Shown here piece by piece: positions 59,309-64,000 of a DNA stretch of 64,000 nt. A program made the position numbers and the translations under genes. The stretch is from the human T2T-CHM13v2.0 reference genome, Homo sapiens. The stretch is from the NCBI RefSeq assembly GCF_009914755.1, contig NC_060926.1. The stretch is one strand, 5' to 3'. A model generated the notes under the pieces. The model had not been told where the DNA came from. It ran no database searches and worked only from the letters and a program-made list of their open reading frames with translations. Each line of letters opens with the position of its first letter. The stretch's first letter is position 1.

Positions 59309-59373
59309 TGGCCCACCTGGGGACTGAACCTATGACCTCAGCATGATTAGCACGGGGCCAACGAACTAACTGA
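59309..59373 (-). pseudogene. Decayed tRNA-Ile(AAT)-derived sequence
   Basis: The minus strand reads 'cagttagttcgttgg...gtgctaatcatgctgaggtcataggttcagtccccaggtgggcca', against my recalled tRNA-Ile 'GTGCTAATAACGCCAAGGTCGCGGGTTCGATCCCCGTACGGGCCA'. Confidence 0.75.
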
Positions 59374-60459
59374 AAAGCAGAAGCATATTATCCAGAATCC
59401 TCTCATACGACTTGATTGTTTTCAGGGCATGCTATGAAAGTTGAGAGGGAAATCTATTAATTTTATTTAAACACACACACACACACAACACATTTGACCA
59501 CTTCAATTCTCATTTCTAGACAAAAAAACTTCAATTTAGATATATAGACAAGTTTGCATGTGCATATACTTCCGTATATATGCAAATGCATACGTATGTG
59601 AATACCTGCAAGCATAAACAACTGTAGATACAAAATGTGGACCTCAACATAATTGTGCATTGATACAGGACCTCTATTTTTGTTCTTATATAATTAATGT
59701 AGTGCATGTGTGGTCTCTGTACGTATGTGTATAGTGACCAAAGCATCACCAATCTTGCATTTCAACAAAATTCCTGTACTTTACAGGCATTACTATTGTC
59801 ACTGAAGCTCTAATGACAGAAAGATTGGACACTTTTGAAAGAGAAATTTATTTTTATGCTTTTAAAATGAAAACATAGTGTACCTTTCATTTCAAGCAGA
59901 TGTGGGAAAATCTGAAGCTCTGAGCTGCTTTCTTCTTTCGGGAACTCTAAGGGTTTCTGCATAAAGTTTAAGTGATATTATGCCTTGTGGAATGAAAACA
60001 TAAAGAAGGTATTATTTGGTGCTAATTATGCACAATGGTTTTATTTATGTTTCAATCACAGGGAAACACGAAAACAGCAAGGTGCTAGAGACAGCCAAAC
60101 CTAGACCCCTCCCAGGTCTCTAATTTTCATCCCTGATGCTCTCTGAAATGGAAACAATCACATGTCAAGGAGAGAAGGGTAAGAGTCATTGTGACTATTC
60201 CTCTGTGATCTCCCCTGAAAAGCAATTGCTTTATCATCGCCAAGAATTTCTGAATCCAAGTTAGAAAGGAAAAAAAAAATAAAAAAACGCTTGCCATGTT
60301 CTTAGTACCATTTGCCTTGACAGGAAAAACAACAGCATCTTGCCTCCTCAGCTTATTCCTCATCAGTGAACTCTTCCCCAAACAAGACACTCCACATCAG
60401 CCATTTGGGATCGCTTCCATCAGTGTTGTAACGAGCTCTTCTATGCAGTTTGTACTCAC

Positions 60460-60800
60460 TGCAAAATGTACCGAAGCCAAGAGCAAGGAGTTGGTAATCT
60501 GGGCACCCACAGTTGTGATGAGGCATCTTCAGTGTAATCGTCCAAATCAAATATTTGGCTGTGCTTCTTCAGATGCGATATCTCATATTGTCACTGTTGA
60601 ACTGGCAGAGGAGCGGAGCTCGCACTGGAAGAGATGCACCCGAGGGAGTTGGGGGACGGGGTAGACCGGAGGGAGAAGAGTCCTCACAGCGTGCCTCCTC
60701 TTCCTGCAACACCTCTCGCCCTTTGTTCATCTCAGTCATTCCTCTAAAGCTGCTGCACCCCTTGGACAAGGGCCAAACCTTTATAAAGCCAAGGAAGAAT
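60460..60800 (-). promoter_or_regulatory. Candidate TATA promoter and first exon (unverified)
   Basis: TTTATAAA at ~60780-60787, local GC/CpG enrichment at 60600-60720, and donor 'GCA|gtgagt' at 60460/60459. Confidence 0.4.
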
Positions 60801-62243
60801 GGTGGAAAAGCACATACGTCTTTGTGGTCGAATTTTCCTTTAAGCAGCAAAGATTTCAAATAATAGTCCTCGTATTACTAGTATTTCACTATTATCCACT
60901 TCTAAGCTGTTATCTGTGATGGTGACATGGCGGCATGCTTTTGAAATGTACCTTCTAGTCAATGTAGCAATTTTCACATATGTTATTTCATTAGATTCTT
61001 AAGACAACCCCATAAGCTAACAGTACAGCTCAGGAACCGTTTTCCCCTTTTTTGTAGAAGAGACCCTAAGGCCTAAAAAGGACTAATAGCTCATACAAGG
61101 AGCTGGGAAGTTATCCTCAAAATCTGTGTCCACTCTTCCCGTCTGCTATGCTACATTTCCAGCAGGACCGTGATTGCTTTTCACAAAAATTTACGGGTAT
61201 TTTAGGGAATATTCACTCTCATATCAGAAATGTGTCACCCTGGGTTGTAAATTTTTCAGACTAGAAAACCTCTGTGGATTTCTATAAAATTTGTCACAAA
61301 CATAATATTGCTATTTATTTTTTTTTCTTTTATGGTTGAGAAGGAAAATTGATTATATAAACATAGCTTCTCACTATCATTCCTGTGTTACTACTTTGTT
61401 CATGTTATGCCCAGCTTAAATGGACTGGGTTGACTGTACCCATCACTCTCACCTGACTCCCTTGTGCTTCATCTTCTGGCACTGAGCTCTGGTTTGTTTG
61501 TTTTCTCAGGCGCAGTTGATGGTTCATGCTTCTAAATCCACAGATGCACTTTCCTGTCGTGGCTATCTACTGGGAGTTCAGAATATCACCTGTTTTTGGA
61601 TTGCCTGTTTCTGAGTTTCATTCACCTTTTGAGACGTATTGCTACTTTTTCTAGACCTCCTGTCACTCTGTTGACTTTGTCTATTTGTTCATTGTCAAAT
61701 TTTTCTGATTGATAGGTTATTCTGCCTCCTGGTCCCCAGAAACTCCCCAGGTCTACTTCGAGATTATGTCTACCTAAATAATTGGTCAATTTTTACATCC
61801 TTGTTTCTCTCAAGACCTCATGATCTCAGTTTATTTATACAGGTTATTGATAGTTATTGATATAAGCCAAATGTATCAACTGCCTGCAGTATAATGAACT
61901 TGATAGATTCAGATTACGATTTTTCTTGAAACTCAGGAAGGTAATTACAAACAAAAACAAGAGAAAGTAAGCCATGGTAGAGCCTTAAGAAGATAAAGGA
62001 GCTGATGTAGAGAGTATTTATGATAGAATAGTCTAACAGCTCTATGAAGAATAGATTGGCAAATATGGCAAAATAGCAAAGATCAATAAAAGCCATTTTA
62101 GTAAAACAGTGAAGAAAACAGCATGTGGGATTGAGAAAGAAAGGAAAATATGAGGTATATTTCAAAGGAAAGAGTGATAGCTCTTTATTCATTAATCCTT
62201 CATCAGGCACTCATTCAGTAATTCAACACACATTGAGCATATT

Positions 62244-62684
62244 TGTTACGGATGGAATTATATGCCCTCCCACCTGTGTTGAAGTCTTAACCCCCCTAGT
62301 ACCTCAGAAAGTGAACTTATTTGAAAATAGGGTGCTTGCAGATGTAATTAAGATCAGATAAGAAAAATCCTCTTGTTTTTCCTTAAATATTGAGTAAGGT
62401 GGACCGCTAATCTTATATGGCTGGTGTTCTTATAAAATGGGGGAACTTGGGCACAGACAGACATGCATAGACAGAAGATGAGGTGAGAAGACACAAGGAG
62501 AAGACAGGTCATCTACAAGCCAAGGTGAGAGGCTTGAAATTGATCCTTCCCTCACATCCCTCGCTTAGAATGAGCCAACTCCTTAATCTCAAACTTCTAC
62601 CCTACAAAACTGTGGGAAAATAAATGGTATTTGAACCACCCCGTGTGTGGTACTTTGTTAAGGAAGCCCTAGAAAATTAATGTA
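62244..62684 (+). mobile_element. MLT1B-like MaLR LTR
   Basis: 'tgttgaagtcttaacccc', 'ttgcagatgtaattaa', 'catctacaagccaagg', 'gtgtggtactttgtta'. Confidence 0.85.
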
Positions 62685-62867
62685 ACATCGAAGGTGAGAA
62701 ATATTCTTCTAGACACAGGAAACATAATGGGTGGTGATGTCCCCGGCTTGGAGGAACCACTTAATTCATTGCTTAGGCAAATAAAAGTGCACACCATGGT
62801 GACTGTCACTGCAGAAATATGAAGTAATTGCACCTCGGAAAAGAGGCAAGTTCCACTGAAGAGGTGA

Positions 62868-63326
<459 letters not shown>

Positions 63327-63349
63327 AAAGGATGGGCAGAAATTTATGA

Positions 63350-63910
63350 GGAGGATAATAAGGTGGAAAGGGTATTCCAAAAGGAGGCAAATACGTGGGA
63401 CTTGAAATGACTTAGAGAGCTACAAGAACGTGAGGGTGGCAGGAGGGGATGTGTCCTGGGAGGGAACTGAGAAATGACAGACCACTGAAGGCCAGAATGA
63501 GTGGTTCAGCTAGAAAGTGTTTATCCTAAAAATGAATATGGAATTAGGATTTAGAATTCGAATTTAGGATTTTTATCCAAAAACTAATTAAGAATAATCA
63601 ACATTTTAGAATCAGATCAGTGACATGAATGCATTGGATATTTTTGGAGGATAACTTTAAGAGGAATGTAACAGGTAGGAGTAGTGAGGAAAGAAAGCAG
63701 CCTGGGCTCAGACAGGAGGCTGGCCAGGTGTCCACTGAGAGAGCCTGAGGCAACGGACTTAGGCAGTGTCAGAGAGGTTAGAGGAAGAAAGGCAAGGACC
63801 CAGGGGCATTTATGAGTACAATTAGTTTGAGTTAGAATCCGAGGATGCAGGTGGTGAGAGGGAGGAATGAGATGAAGATAATTTTAAATTAACCTAAAGT
63901 TTCAGGACTT
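63350..63910 (-). mobile_element. L2 fragment
   Basis: Purine-rich antisense L2-like motifs ('ggatttttatcc', 'agtgacatga'). Confidence 0.55.
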
Positions 63911-64000
63911 AGCATAATGCCTGGCAAAGGCAGGGGCTCTATAAAGGTTAATTATTAACGTGGCTCCCAGTCACCCCTGGTAGAAACCTAGGTGTAAACA

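Noticed and set aside
60555-60863. Overlapping ~100-aa ORFs on both strands
   Set aside because: Explained by locally higher GC content; no recognisable homology.

Overview
AT-rich, CpG-depleted primate (human-like) nuclear DNA of intronic or intergenic character, dominated by interspersed repeats: several L1PA/L1M fragments, seven Alus, MaLR/ERV LTRs, MIR, L2, MER58, MER5, MADE1 and microsatellites. I recognised no host protein-coding gene, and the only convincing protein-like ORF is the C-terminus of L1 ORF2 (open from the window start to 1181). I found no evidence for a new biological system. The best-supported oddities are structural: an L1PA7-like element split into two contiguous but oppositely oriented pieces 2.3 kb apart, two twin-primed L1 inversions, an L1 with a ~640-bp microhomology deletion, a trimeric Alu inside one TSD, an AluY inside a MADE1, an old local duplication, and a decayed tRNA-Ile(AAT) copy. 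More speculative are a minus-strand TATA promoter/first exon near 60.5-60.8 kb and several splice-site-bounded candidate exons, including a recursive-splice-like motif. Repeat family names come from my recall of consensus sequences, not from a search, and boundaries of old repeats are approximate.
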